Shown piece by piece: positions 46,654-59,339 of a DNA stretch of 64,000 nucleotides (position 1 is the first letter of the stretch; each line of letters opens with the position of its first letter). Under the pieces are notes generated by a model, which saw nothing but the letters and a program-made list of their open reading frames with translations, was not told where the DNA came from and did no database searches. A program made the translations under genes and the position numbers. Location of the stretch: positions 23,128,001 to 23,192,000 of the forward strand of contig NC_086109.1 in the NCBI RefSeq assembly GCF_963921235.1. The letters run 5' to 3'. This stretch comes from Mobula hypostoma. Its lineage: Eukaryota.

Positions 46654-49600
46654 ATTGGACTATCAGTAGTCTACTCAGCAGCTCAGCCCCATTCCAATAT
46701 TCCAGTCTATTACAGCTGTTCAGTATCAAAAACCCATTTGTCCATCTTGATTCCAAATCCATTAATATTTTAGCCAACAAAAATCTTTCAATCCCAGTTT
46801 TAAATTTTTATTTGAACCTTAGCCACGGCAGTTTTTTTTAAAACATCGTCCAAAATAGGCAAGCTCCAATTTTAAGGTTACTCCCCTTTGTTCTGGCTTC
46901 TCCCAGCTGAGGAAATAGTTTCTCTTTATCTGCCCTATTATATCCTTTCATCATCTTAATCATCTCAATTAGATAACCCTTTAATCTTCTACAGCCAAGG
47001 AAATATAACCCTAGTGTACAGAAATTGTACTTCACTTTAACCCTTCTAACTCAGCATCTCAATGGTGAATGACAATATTTTAAAAACCTTGCAGATGGTA
47101 GAAATATTAAGTATAAAAGGAAAGCGCTAGGAAAACTCAGCTCAGGGAGTATCTGTGGAAAGAGAAACAGAAAACGTTTTAGTTCTGCAGTCCTCTATCA
47201 GAATTAGAAAACATGAGAGCTAGAAGTCGGAGAAAAGATGGGGGAAGCACATGTTGACCAAAGGGAATGTCTGTGATAGGATTAGCAAAAACGGCTGAAT
47301 GGGTGCTGTTACCAGCTTATTTGGATGCTTGGCCTACGTAATGTATTGTTGTGTATATATGTGCCAATGACTGCACAGTACTGTTCATCTCTGCCCACTT
47401 ACATCGAAAAGAAATGAGGACTAAACTCTTAGCCCCAGTTCTTACGTAGTAATAATGAAAAAGATAAAAGCTAGCAAAACCTGTGCTAGTTTTTCCCCAT
47501 GACTTCCTCTCCACTACAGTCCCAATATTTAGATAATCAATTATCATAGAGTCAACAGCATTGATGGCAATTACAGCATCTTTTTTGCCCACTCTTTACT
47601 TAGTTGCTTCAGAATATTAACAGATATAAGCAACAAGATTGTCTTTATTTGTCATCACCCTTCTTGTCCTAAATTGTAACTGCTTAGAAGAACTGTATAT
47701 TTTAATGGTGTCTTTAATGTAGAAACTGGCCCAGAAAGTGAAGAGAACAAGAGCACTGGAATGAATCAGCAGAGGTGACCCAAAGGCTGGTGGAACATAG
47801 TGCTAGAAGATGCTTTAAAAATAAATTTGGAGATAAATAAATGGATGTGGACAAGTTCTACAGAAAAGGTCTCAGAAATTTATTGACAAACAGAGATAGT
47901 GGTAACTGAAAGCTAAGATGATAGGAAGGATGATGCTTCAAAAAGGCAATGGCCAACAATTTTCAATACAATGGACAGGAGAACCAGTGACCATCAGTGA
48001 AGCTCCAGTCTTGGATCAGCCTGAAATAATTTTTCAAATCTGAACTCTTTGTAAGATTTCCACTAGAAAGAAAATGGAAAATATTTCTAATGCTCCACTT
48101 CAAATTCAATTATTTAATGCCTCAAATATGTATTTAATTCAGATAATCTTCTTCAATGTGAGTTTGATATTTGAGATTTATGAAACCCAGAATATTCACA
48201 GCTCACTTCAATATAACAAAGCAAGAATAACGATATTTTGGGGAGGTGGACTCAACAGAAATTTCTTTAACCACATGGCTGAAATTAATTTCGATCTGCT
48301 CTTGGAAAACATATGCAGACTGCAAAATTGAGGCCAAAATGGAGCTTGCGCTAAACATCAGAAACACAACAGCAAACAGGTTTCAATACTGTATCAAACA
48401 TGGAATCCACAGATGCAATCTGTTAATTCAGTGGACAGAAAGAAAGCTCTCGGTAGATAAAATCAAGTCCAAATTGCCACTGAATCAGTAGCCGAGCTTT
48501 CCACCTGCCACTGGGTACCAAAGCAACACCATCCTTCTTGACATGAGCTTGAACATAGTGCTGAAATAAAAAAAAACAAAACTGGCAAAATCATATATAC
48601 CAAAGGACTTCATTTCCACTTACAATTTTATTGGAAATCAATAGTTTGAAGAGATTTGCCTAGAAATTCTAGAAAACTTTCTCTAAGTGGCTCAATGCTG
48701 GAATCCTTAGGACTTTGGGCAAACTAACAGGATCCTGGGCGGTTTCAACAGTAAAATTTCCTGCCTGGTAAAGTTTTGGAGGATGGCTTTGGGAATTCAG
48801 CAGCCACATACCCAATCAGGTAGCAGTACATTGGAACCCTGTAATTTGAAAGACATGGGATGTGGACAATGGCCTAGCAGTTTGGATGGTGCCTGTCAGG
48901 GCCAGTTGATTAGTGTGATGGTGAAATGAAGCTTGGAAATTGTCGACCAGCAGGTTGGAGGTCATGGGTCAGATTGAGTCCTGGGCCTCAGGCAGCTGCA
49001 AAATTGGGGGTGAGAAAGGGCGTCATAAAGCAAGAGGAGTTATGTGTGAGGCAACACAGATGAGTGTTTTGACAACTATGTCGTTTTCAGTGTCTAACTG
49101 TGTTCACGTGGCACCACAGTCAACATTCCTCTGCAATGCTGGAAAAGGAGTGACGCAAAGCAATGATGTCATAGTGTAGCTCAGCATGGAAAATAGTCAG
49201 AGGCACAAGAATGGCCAGTTGAATTTCTGGTCTGATGCAAAATGATTCAAAAATGCCTTAATGTATCTCATTAGGACAGAAAGTCATTTTCAATTGCTTA
49301 AAGAAAAATAGAGCGTAAAGCAATAGACATTCTAGGCAGTTATCTTCAAGCTTCTAGAGGAGGAGGTAACAATTTGCCTCAGTAACATCAATTGCTGGAG
49401 AACCCAATTTTGGGCATGAAGAGTATTGAATACAATTTGGAAGACTGGAAGCAGAACCCTAAATGTACCCATTTTAGCTGCCGTCTTAATGTTTTTCATA
49501 CACACACCAATGGTGCAGTGTGAATGGTTCCTCCTCAAACTAACCTGCGTTCTGACAACATTTGATAGGACTGTCTAGATTTCAGGTCTGCACATAGGCT

Positions 49601-50386
49601 TTGGGAGTGGTTTGTTGAGGTGTCCAGACACGGTAATATTTCACAGTTAACACATTGTAGCAGCTTAATTTTGGCACTGAATAGATACAATTATGTATTC
49701 CATTGGTCAAAAGAAAGGCAGGGCAGTAGAGTTCAAGGAAAGAACTTCATTTGTATAATAGCAGTTCTATTCTCAAGACGCCCCAAAATACTTTATAGCC
49801 AATTAATTATTTCTGAAATACCATCATCATTTGGAGAGCAGTCATTAGTGCGTGCAAATACTGAGCTACTCTGGCACTGTAACCAAGTCAAGAGGCACAT
49901 TGCCAGGATATCCCACAGGCAGCAATACGATTAAAAGAAAAATCAATCTCTGTTTTAATGTTACAGGAGAGAGAGAAATGTTATCAGGGCACTAGAACTC
50001 GCTTTTCCAAAGAGTCTGCTAATGTCTACCTAGAAGTCTTAAGCTAATAATTCAGCTGTAACACAGTTGTGCAACCCCCAATTATTACTATGCTATTGTT
50101 GTGCCTTCAGCAAACAATCTCCTGAATCAAAGGATATCCTGAGTAAAAAAGGATACAGCAAGATATAGATGATTTGGAGATATGGGTGGAGAAATGGCAC
50201 ATAGATTTCATCCAGACCAGTGTGAGCTGTTGCAAATTTGGCAGGTCCAAATTTAAGGGGAAATATCAGGACACTTAGGAGCATTGATGTATAGAGGGAT
50301 CTTGGGGAGCAAGTCCATTGGTCCCTGAAAGTGGGAACATGAATAAATAAGATGCCTGGCTTCCTCAATTAGGACACTCAGTTTGT

Positions 50387-50605
50387 GTTGGGCACATGGC
50401 CAAGTGGTTAAGGTGTTCGCCTAGTGATCTGATGGTCGCTAGTGGCAGTGTGTTTGTGTCTTTGAGCAAGGCACTTAACCACACATTGCTCTAGTGTCTG
50501 TGCGAAGAGTGGTGCCCCACACAGACTTCCAATCTGCGCCTTGTAAGGCATGAAAATGCCCGACGCAGGCCTCTCATGGTCTGAGTTGACGTTTCCTCCC
50601 TCCCT
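50387..50605 (+). mobile_element. tRNA-derived SINE inserted in a CR1 remnant
   Basis: A-box-like tggccaagtggttaagg; B box appears deleted; body gtgtctttgagcaaggcacttaacc. Confidence 0.65.
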
Positions 50606-51224
50606 ACTGTATAAGTGTCAGCATGTCACATTACAGCTCAGTGAGGTTTGGCTACTTTTGCTGTATTGAGGGTGGAAAGATGACTAGAATGTACTGTCAG
50701 CAGAACTGGTAGAAGCAGATATGTGATGTTTACAGGGCATTTAGACGGGCATCTGAACAACCAAATGGATCACTTGCAGGTAGATGGGATTAGTTTAACT
50801 TGGTATCATGGGCAGCACAAACATCATAGGTCAAGGGGCCAGTTTGTGAGTTGTATTTTTCTATGTTTTATGAATCAGAACTGAGAATGCTACCTCTTAA
50901 TCAAAGTAAAACACATGGGGTTTGAATTTATCATTTTATCATTTAAAAAATTATCATACACAGGTGGCAAAACATTTTATAGGCTCCTTCTATGGTATAA
51001 ACTTAATGGATCTTCAACGAAGTTAAGCTCAGATCAACTCACGAATGTAGAAAACGAACACCAGGAGACAGTGACACAAAAATTACCAAAACAATTATGA
51101 TCTGTGTTTGCACTAATTGGGTGCTAGTCAAATTACAATTTAAAATAATGATTTAAAAACACTCATGCACCCAAATGCACATGCTATTCTCACGTTGGTA
51201 TGGTGTGCTAACGAATGTTTTGGT

Positions 51225-51330
51225 CACATTCTGAAGAAGGGTCTCAGCCCGAAACCTCGTACTGTTTACTCATTTCCATAGATGCTGCCTGACCGGCTGA
51301 GTTCCTCCACCATTTTGAATGTGTTGCTAT
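51225..51330 (+). mobile_element. Penelope-like terminal fragment with hammerhead core
   Basis: ctgaagaagggtctcagcccgaaacctc...gatgctgcctgaccggctgagttcctccaccattttg. Confidence 0.8.
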
Positions 51331-51984
51331 GGTTTCCCCATTGCCAATTTCAATTGCATCCGAGGCTTAATCAGATTCTAGTGTTTGAAAAGTATCACAG
51401 AGGCCTTGTTTAAACCAGATTTAAGCACATCGGGAGGTGGGGAGGGGTTTGGACATCATTTACCCAACCAGGGATTACACTGAAGTTGGGAAAAGGGTAT
51501 AGTAAGGAGCGATGAATGTTAGTGGTGGTCAGGGGTGAAATAGAGATAAATGGAATAAACAGAGCTCGTGCTAAGATTGTGGATGAAGTCGAAATCTTGA
51601 AGTGCTGGGGAGGTGGGCCACACTGGGACACAGAAAGAGCCAAGAATTGTTGTAGTGTTCAGGTCAATGGCATGGGTACAGGATTGAACATCAAGAACCA
51701 CGTCATCAGAAGATCCAAGGGATCCAGCGGTAAAATGATTGAGGTTTGGGCCTTCACCCTCAGAGGTGAGAGGGTATGGTTAATCATGAAAGACATGACG
51801 TGCTGACGGGAGGTGAGATGCTATTGTGGAGACCAGATAAGTTAAATAACGTACTTAGCTTTCTGGAGCCCTTGTCCACCTCTGAAAACATGTTGACCCC
51901 AGAATGCCTACAAGTAGTTATTCATTTCTCAGGCAATTCAAAGGCACAGAGATGACTCATGCCAGGAATACACCAAGCTGATTT

Positions 51985-52815
51985 CACTGGATAACAAAGA
52001 TTTTGCTTCCTGAATACTTTAGGGTGTATATTTTGGATTTTTTTTTACTGATTATGAAAATCACCACAAAATTTTCCTATTGTACACCATTTAAAAAAAT
52101 GCTTATATTTGTTTATGTCAGCTCATAATTCAAGACAATTAAAATGCTGCCCACAATGTAAACTGAAAAGTTTCCTTTCTTGTCCAGGCATGCCTGGGCA
52201 TGCTTAGGCAAGGCAGATGTTGCATGGCAGGTCAGGTTTTAGAAAAACAGGATACGGAGTCTAGAGGAGGCTGATGAAGATGCCATGATGCATGAGCCAG
52301 GAATGGAGAATGATACTGATACTGATACAGATTTTGAATCTTTTATGTCAAGTGAGCCTCATCTGATAATTCAATCTGAGTTAAATGACCTAGAGAGAGA
52401 ATTGGGTTTTTCAAAGGCAGAAGCAGAATTACTGCATTCAGGACTGCAAGGATGGAATCTGCTGTTACCAGACACAAAAATTTCCATGAAAAATGTTGAG
52501 ACTTGTCAAGAATAACTGATGACAAAATTAAGGAAGTCCTTTTTGTTAGCCCACAAATAGGTCATCAATGGCAGGCAAATCAAAGAACTTCTAGTGGGAC
52601 CAGAGAAAATCACATGGAAGGTATTCAAGGATGTTGTTGAAAATTTTCTTGGCAACTACAGATGACCAAACTACAGCTGGTTGACAACATGCTTTAAGCA
52701 TTCAAAACTATAAAATGCAACATGCAACTAAAGATTCATTTTCTGCATTCCCATTTTTGTGTATGATAGACCACTTTAAGCTGACCTTCACCAGGCTCGT
52801 CACTGACAGCATCAA
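51985..52815 (+). mobile_element. Internally deleted Chapaev3-like (CMC superfamily) DNA transposon remnant
   Basis: Begins cactggataacaaa. Fragments EPHLIIQSELNDLERELGFSKAEAELL..LQGWNLL, EKITWKVFKDVVENFLGNYR and LKIHFLHSH resemble Chapaev3 transposase motifs as I recall them. Confidence 0.65.
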
Positions 52816-52837
52816 GATTTGTAGGGAAGAAGTCTAA

Positions 52838-53390
52838 AGAGCATCTGGTGAAACTTCTGAAATTCCTGTTTCACTGCCGCCGCTACTGTGCGATCTGAAA
52901 TCTTCGGAGGGGAAGGCCCCGAATCCTTGGCTTTGCCTGTTGCTTGGCGGCCGGGGCCGGGGTTGAAGCGCTCAGCAGATATGGTGCTTGGTGTCGGAAG
53001 GCTGTTCGGAGGCTCGAAGTTTTCGGACGGACTCAGAGTCAGACTGTGTTTGGGTGCTTCCAGGATGCTGCATCGGCAAGTTTGCGGCGCTGGAAGCTCA
53101 TGGCAGGGAGAGTTTCTCCCTTCTACCGCCTGCGTGAGATGTTGGGGCTATCGGGACTTTGAGACTTTTTTTTTACCATGCCCATGGTCTGCTCTTATCA
53201 AATTACGGTATTGCTTTGCACTGTTGTAACTATATGTTATAATTATGTATTTTTTTGTCAGTTTTAGTCTTGGTCTGTCTTGTGTTTCTGTGATATCATA
53301 CTGGAGGAACGTTACATCATTTTTTAATGCATGCATTTCTAAATGACAATAAACGAGGACCGAGTGTCCTCAAAACCTAACCTAATCTAA
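52838..53390 (+). mobile_element. Second (5'-truncated) copy of the 24826-25515 element
   Basis: Shared blocks catctgg..aaacttctgaaat, gaaggccccgaatcct, ggaggctcgaagttttcggacgga, tgacaataaa.gaggac.gagtgt.ctca. Confidence 0.85.
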
Positions 53391-53393
53391 AAA

Positions 53394-53525
53394 TCCTGCT
53401 GAAGGGTCTCGGCCCAAAACGTTGACTGTACTCTTTTCCATAGATGCTGCCTGGCCTGTTGGGCTCCTCCAGCATTTTGTATGTGTTGTCTGGATTTCCA
53501 ACATTGCAGATTTTCTCTTGTTTGT
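53394..53525 (+). mobile_element. Penelope-like terminus with extension
   Basis: cctgctgaagggtctcggcccaaaacgttgactg...ggatttccaacattgcagattttctcttgtttg. Confidence 0.8.
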
Positions 53526-54212
53526 GATTGAATTTCTAGTAAGTTACACTTGCATGTGCTGAAGAGAAAAGGGCCTCTATTGAACTGAAGTCAGATTAGA
53601 ACAAAACAGAAATTCCCATGCGTCAGGCCTCACCATTTACTTCACTGAGCCATGGATGTTCTGCCCGCACATTTTACATTGGCATGCTGCAATTTACACT
53701 AACCATTTCCGATCCACTTCACTTACAAGCTGGCTGCAGTTTCCTTGCACTTTGTCTGCAATACGAAGAGGGGAAAATAGCAAGGAAATTGACGGAATTC
53801 TAATTGGTTTTAAATAGCACTCAGGCTCTTATCCAACTACAGCTACAGTTCCAAACCATCTGGTACAAGGATCAGGGGAAAGTGAGGTGATCAGCTTTCT
53901 AAAAGAAAATTCTGCATTTTTAATTGATTCTCATTGGAATAATTTTAAAGCAAAAGCTGATTAGAAACTGCGTAAATGGATTACGTTGACTCTCAGGAGG
54001 GTGGTGAAGAATAGCAGGTCTAGACATTGTAGGAATCAACTAAATTTGTAAAATAAAACAGAAGGACTACTCTGTGTGCTTAATATATACGGTATATGTA
54101 CTGTATGTAGGGTGGGCAGCTGTGTATATATGGACTAGAAGCTGGGTAAATGTTTACCACCTTGTTACAGTAGTAACCTTATATAGAATATAGAAAGGCA
54201 CTTAATTCATTT

Positions 54213-54738
54213 GGTGGTGGTGGCGTCCATTAAGTCTTGCGAGACCATGGATCTGCACCTGGAAGGTTTCCAGGGCGCAGGCCTGGGCAAGGTTGTATGG
54301 AAGACCAGCAGTTGCCCATGCTGCAAGTCTCCCCTCTCCACGACACCAATGTTGTCCAAGGGAAGGGCACTAGGGCTAATACAACTTGGCACTGGTGTCA
54401 GCACAGGAATTGCCAGAACGAGGTTGACTGCCAGACTGCCTTAGGGACTCCAGCTCCCGATTTGTCCTCAGGGTTTACTCCCGAAGCCTTTTCCATGAGT
54501 GGGTATGGCCTCAAGGCAGCTGAAGTTTGAAATCAGAGCTTTCCCTCTCTTAGATGGACTGCCTTCCCAGGCTGACGAGCTGCATCTACCCGAAGCACTG
54601 GTTATAAAGTGCCAGGACCCGCCTTCGCCCCTTCTCCTGTCAGTAGAAACAGTTCTTCCGGGTAGAGGCGAAGCCACACGAGAAGGCCAGGAGTTGGACT
54701 TGGTTGTCAGAGGCTATTTGAGTCATATGCCGTGAGAA
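54213..54738 (-). mobile_element. RTE-type non-autonomous retroelement (5' UTR-like region plus RTE-like tail)
   Basis: 11-bp TSD ttaattcattt (54202-54212, 54739-54749); 3' end gatccatggtctcgcaagacttaatggacg(cca)n resembles RTE/BovB-type tails; no RT ORF. Confidence 0.7.
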
Positions 54739-54779
54739 TTAATTCATTTATAAATCAAATAAACAAGACATTTTACCAA

Positions 54780-55055
54780 TTTATTTACTTATTGAACTAG
54801 AGCGCAGTGTAGGCTCTTCCAGCCCTTCAAGGCAAGCTGCTCAGCAACCCTAGCCTAATCACGGGACTATTTACAATGACCAATTAGCTACTAACCAGTA
54901 CGCCTTTGGACTGTGGGAGTAAACCAGAGCAGCCGGAGGAAACCCACGCGGTCACGGGGAGAACCTACGAACTCCTTACAGGCAGCGATGGGAATTGGAC
55001 CTGGGTCACTGGTACTGTAAAGCGTTGTGCTAACCACTGCACTACCGTGCTGCCC
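54780..55055 (-). mobile_element. Near full-length V-SINE (tRNA head plus V domain)
   Basis: Minus strand gggcagcacggtagtgcagtggttagcac...gggtttcctccggctgctctggtttactcccacagtccaaagg...; A-rich tail. Confidence 0.85.
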
Positions 55056-56910
55056 AATCTTAGATCATCTTTTTACCTAAGTTGATGAGGGCAAAGTAAG
55101 TGTCATGATGTTTGCCTTCCCTAGGATGGTGCTTTCTGTGATCGCTGCACATTTGGGGGACATTTGCACTTTCGGTTCCAACAGGTCCCATTGTAACCTA
55201 CTAGTCCTCATTCCCTTCCAAACCCTCTAGTTTTGTTTTTAGTGTCTGCCCAAAATTTTCCTTGCATCACTTTTCTTTCTATGTTGGTAAGCAACTGATA
55301 TGGAGCCAAACAAGATCCAAAGTAAAATATTACAGAACACCTGGTATGGAATGGATGGTAAGTTTGTGATGGACACACCAGGGTAATATTTTGCTCATCT
55401 GGAGAAAACTGTGGCTTATTAGCACTGGAGGTCTAGCCACAATTTGACCACATGAGCTCAGGCTGCCCTTGAACTTCATTCAAGTCTGACTCTTTTACTC
55501 AACAGTCCATTTCTTCAGATGATGCTGTCACATAAATTGAATTCAAAGTTCAAACTTAAACATATCCTTTAGGAAAGGTAACATACAGCCTCATCTGGTA
55601 TGGACTCACCTCACGTTTGAACTCCCAATATCAGGATAAAAGATAAAATTGAACATGTGTTATGTATTTAGAAGTGATAGACCATGTTGCTCTTTTCTAT
55701 TCCATGATTTTTTTTTTAACGTGTTCATCCAACCTTCCTCACTCGATCTCTACACTATACTGACTAAAGGACCCCAACTTGAAGCTGATTAACTGACTTT
55801 ATTTGGGTGTCAATAACGATGTTAGAAATAGCAATGTTCTGGAGTCAGAATGGTGGAGAGAAAAAGAAATCCGTCAACATTTATGCTGCTAAATCATCTA
55901 AACAGACAAATTTCTGTGGGAAAGTTCATGTTTGTAGACAGAGAGGATGAGAACAGGATCATGCACAACTGTGAAACCTGCTGCTTTGCTCTTATCGGGC
56001 ACATGCAGATATCACTGGGCGATAGCTGAAGGCTGTGTGATCATATCCCAGCATAAGTCATGCCTTCTTTTGAGAAGAGAGAAGGAAAAAAAAATAACTT
56101 AAAATGGTTTACTCCAAGTTCACTACACTGTGCTGCAGATAGGTTATTGCCAAACCCTGAGGAATGTATGTAAATTTATTCTGTTCTCTTGCTGAACCCT
56201 ACGTTAGGGCAATGGCCTGGAGAACAGTTGACTGAGAATGATGTTCACTGATTTTCTAACTGGAACTGGTCAACTTGTCCTCCAGTTCATTTAATTATCC
56301 ATTCTCCTGTTTTCATTTGAGTGGGAAAAAAAACTGGCTTGGACAAAGATAGTCATACTTCACTACACTGTTGGGTTGGGGATAAGGAAAACACCAATTA
56401 TATATACTCCTAATTTGTACATTACTATCAACTCAGCATGCTTGCGGATACTGAGGATTTGTAGATCATTATGCCACAATCAGCGTTAAATCGCTTGGCC
56501 CATGAACCTGTGCGATATTGAGGAACAAAGATGGCATTACATCAGGAGGCTGGACATAAGGGTTCCCTGTCCTTTTCCCAAACTGCTTTTGCAGAAGTTT
56601 CGTACCAAACATCTGGTATGCCATGTGCCTTGCAAGTTTTTCTTGTCCAGGGCAGGAATTACTACCTTTTTAGGGGCTTGGATTTTCCAATTCCTGCACC
56701 GGGGAAAATTGTGCTTCAAGAGTCAAGTGTCAAATTGTTTCTGTATCTGCTTCCTGTAAGCAGTCCAGTTGTGTCCTCACAGTGTTACTAATCTGGACTT
56801 CACTGTGCAAGTATGGCCAGAACACTCCACTGCTTCTACTTAAAATAAAACGATTGTGGTACCTCTTGGTCTTTTCAAAGAGCAATCCAGAAGGAAGATA
56901 TGCCTTAAAC

Positions 56911-57243
56911 CAGTGGTCCCCAACCTCCAGGCCGCGGACCGATACATTGCCGCGAAGCATGCAGTGGTGCGGTGGTAGCCGGGACGCACCCAGCACATCT
57001 TTAAGAAAAAAGCCGAAATAAACAAGCTAATTAATTGGGTGCCGCCCGGCACGTAAATGTCAGCCCAGATCAGAGGTGATTGCCGATTGCATCGCCTCTG
57101 ATCTGGGCCAACATTTATGTGCAAACGTGGCACCTAATTAATTAGCTTGTTTATTTCTGCTTTTTTCTTAAAGATGTGCTGGGTGCATTCCGGCTACCGC
57201 TGCACCTCTGCATGCTTCGCGGCCCGGAGGTTGGGGACCACTG
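56911..57243. mobile_element. 333-bp almost wholly palindromic hAT (Charlie-like) MITE
   Basis: TIR cagtggtccccaacctcc / ggaggttggggaccactg; 7/8 TSD ccttaaac / ccttaagc; arms complementary almost to the centre (~57080). Confidence 0.92.
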
Positions 57244-57444
57244 CCTTAAGCAACTACTATAGTTTGTGTTAGATTTATTAAGAGGTCCATGCAGCCTGAT
57301 GAAAATGGTTGATACTTTTATTACCCAAAATTCTGCACCACAGCTCCTTTAACATTCCTAGTTTTTGCCATTTCCTCTTGTTGACACTAATTTCAGATAA
57401 GGATTTGGGTGCATGGATGACAGCTTCCCTGTTATTTGACCACA

Positions 57445-58000
57445 AGGTGTGTAAGAGGCTTCACTTGGAGTATTGTGAGCAGTTTTGGGCCGCTTATCTA
57501 GGAAAGGATGTACTGACATTGGAGAGGATTCAAAGGAGGTTCACAAAAATTATTCCGGGATTGAAAGCCTTGTTATATGAAGAGCATTTTGATGATTCTC
57601 TGTCTCTGCTTCCTGGAGTTAAGAATGAGGGGCGAACTTATTGAAACCTACTGAATGTTGAAAGGCCTCAATAGAGTGGATGTAGAGAGGATGTTTCCTT
57701 TGATCGGGGAGTCTACGACTAGAGGACACAACCTCAGAATAGAGGGGCGACCTTTTAGAATGGAGATGAGGAGGAATTTCTTCAGCTGGAGGGTGGTGAA
57801 TCTGTGGAACGTGTTGCCACAGGTGGCTGTGGAGGCCAAGTCATTGAGTATATTCAAGGTAGAGGTTAGTAAGGACATTAAGGGATATGGGGAGAAGGCA
57901 GGTGATCAGGGCAGAGGGTAAATGGATCAGCCATGATGAAATGGTGGAGCAGACTTGGTGGGCCAAATGGCCAAATTCTGCTCCTGCATCTTATGGTCTT
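57445..58000 (+). mobile_element. CR1-type LINE 3' fragment
   Basis: HLEYCEQFWA.YL.KDVLTLERIQRRFTK; GHNLRIEGRPF..RRNFFS.RVVNLWN.LP; tail tcttatggtctt. Confidence 0.85.
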
Positions 58001-59339
58001 ATTACAACCAACTCAATCCTATGCTGATGAACTCTGATGGTATGAATCATTGAATAACAAAATCAGAACATGAACGGGGGCTGATTTTCATTCTGCAGTC
58101 TTTGAAAACACAGGTCATGGAGGGGGAAAGAAGCCATTATGGAATGTAATGCTTATGTTAGATTCAATTGTTTCAATTTTATGTCCAAGCAGATTGCCAG
58201 CCATCATGACTTCTTCTGAGTGACGGAAGCTCAAACTAAAATCTCTGTTCTGCTCAACTCTGATTGTCACAAGGCTCTGATCAGCTGTGGGATCTTGATC
58301 CTTGCTATAACAGGCAGCAGTTTGCATTGAACTGTGGAACAGGTGATTCTGTCAATGATAATGTATCACTGTGAAGTTATCAGCAGAACATTGGGTAACA
58401 CGATGTTCCTTTTTCAAATAAAGCAAAGTTGCATGATGGCGCCTGACCTTATTCCCAGCTGACACACATGATTCATGAGCACAGGATCATGTCATAAGCA
58501 AAAGCAGGAAGATTTTGTTTAATTTTCCTAGCCTCAGATTCTGCGGCCAATTATAACTTCAGCAGCTGGTGGCATAGGCTGGTATCTGAGGAACTTTCCT
58601 CCTTGATATTGCTCAACTCCAAATTGAAGAGAGCCAGATTTCATCCAGAATAAAGTCCAAGTTTTCTTTTGAACAATTATTCTGCTCTTTTCATACCTGC
58701 CAAATTATTAAATACTTTGGGTAATGGTTTATTTTTTTGTAACTACAAGCTTAGTGAAGGCAGGAATTGTAAACCATGCTCCAAAATAAATTATAGGGTG
58801 GTGTTGAGGAGGAATGGGGCATGGCTTGTGATTATTGTACACACAAAAAGATTTTATTTTGCTTTTGGGGTGAGATCAGTCAACATTCCAAGCATTGCTG
58901 GATTGTGGTCAGTAATTCATTTCACATTTCTCAACTCTTTCTATCCTCTGAACTATGTGCTAGGAACATCTGTGGAGCAGTCTGTTCTGCTTCTGAGGGC
59001 AGGACGTGTTAAACACTGGATGTTTATTGTATAGTGTGTGTGTATACATTAAAAACTCATTTTCGGGGTGTATGTATTTGCAGTATATTGCAAAATTTGA
59101 CATTGACTGGATGGCATATAGGTTGTGGTCAGGAATGGAGGTATTGGCAGGAAGGTGGAATGACATTCCAGGTATGAACAAAATTTGGGAGATTTCCTCA
59201 ACTGAGGACCCAAACAGCATAATTTGACAATCATTTCTAAGAAATGGATATAATGAGTAAGAGTGATCCAATCATTCAGAACTATTTCTTCCACGCAATG
59301 ATAAGTTTAAATCATCCATCCACTGGTGACATTTATGAG

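Noticed and set aside
50387..50460. tRNA gene
   Set aside because: Only an A-box-like 5' half; no T-arm/B box or cloverleaf; continues into a SINE body.
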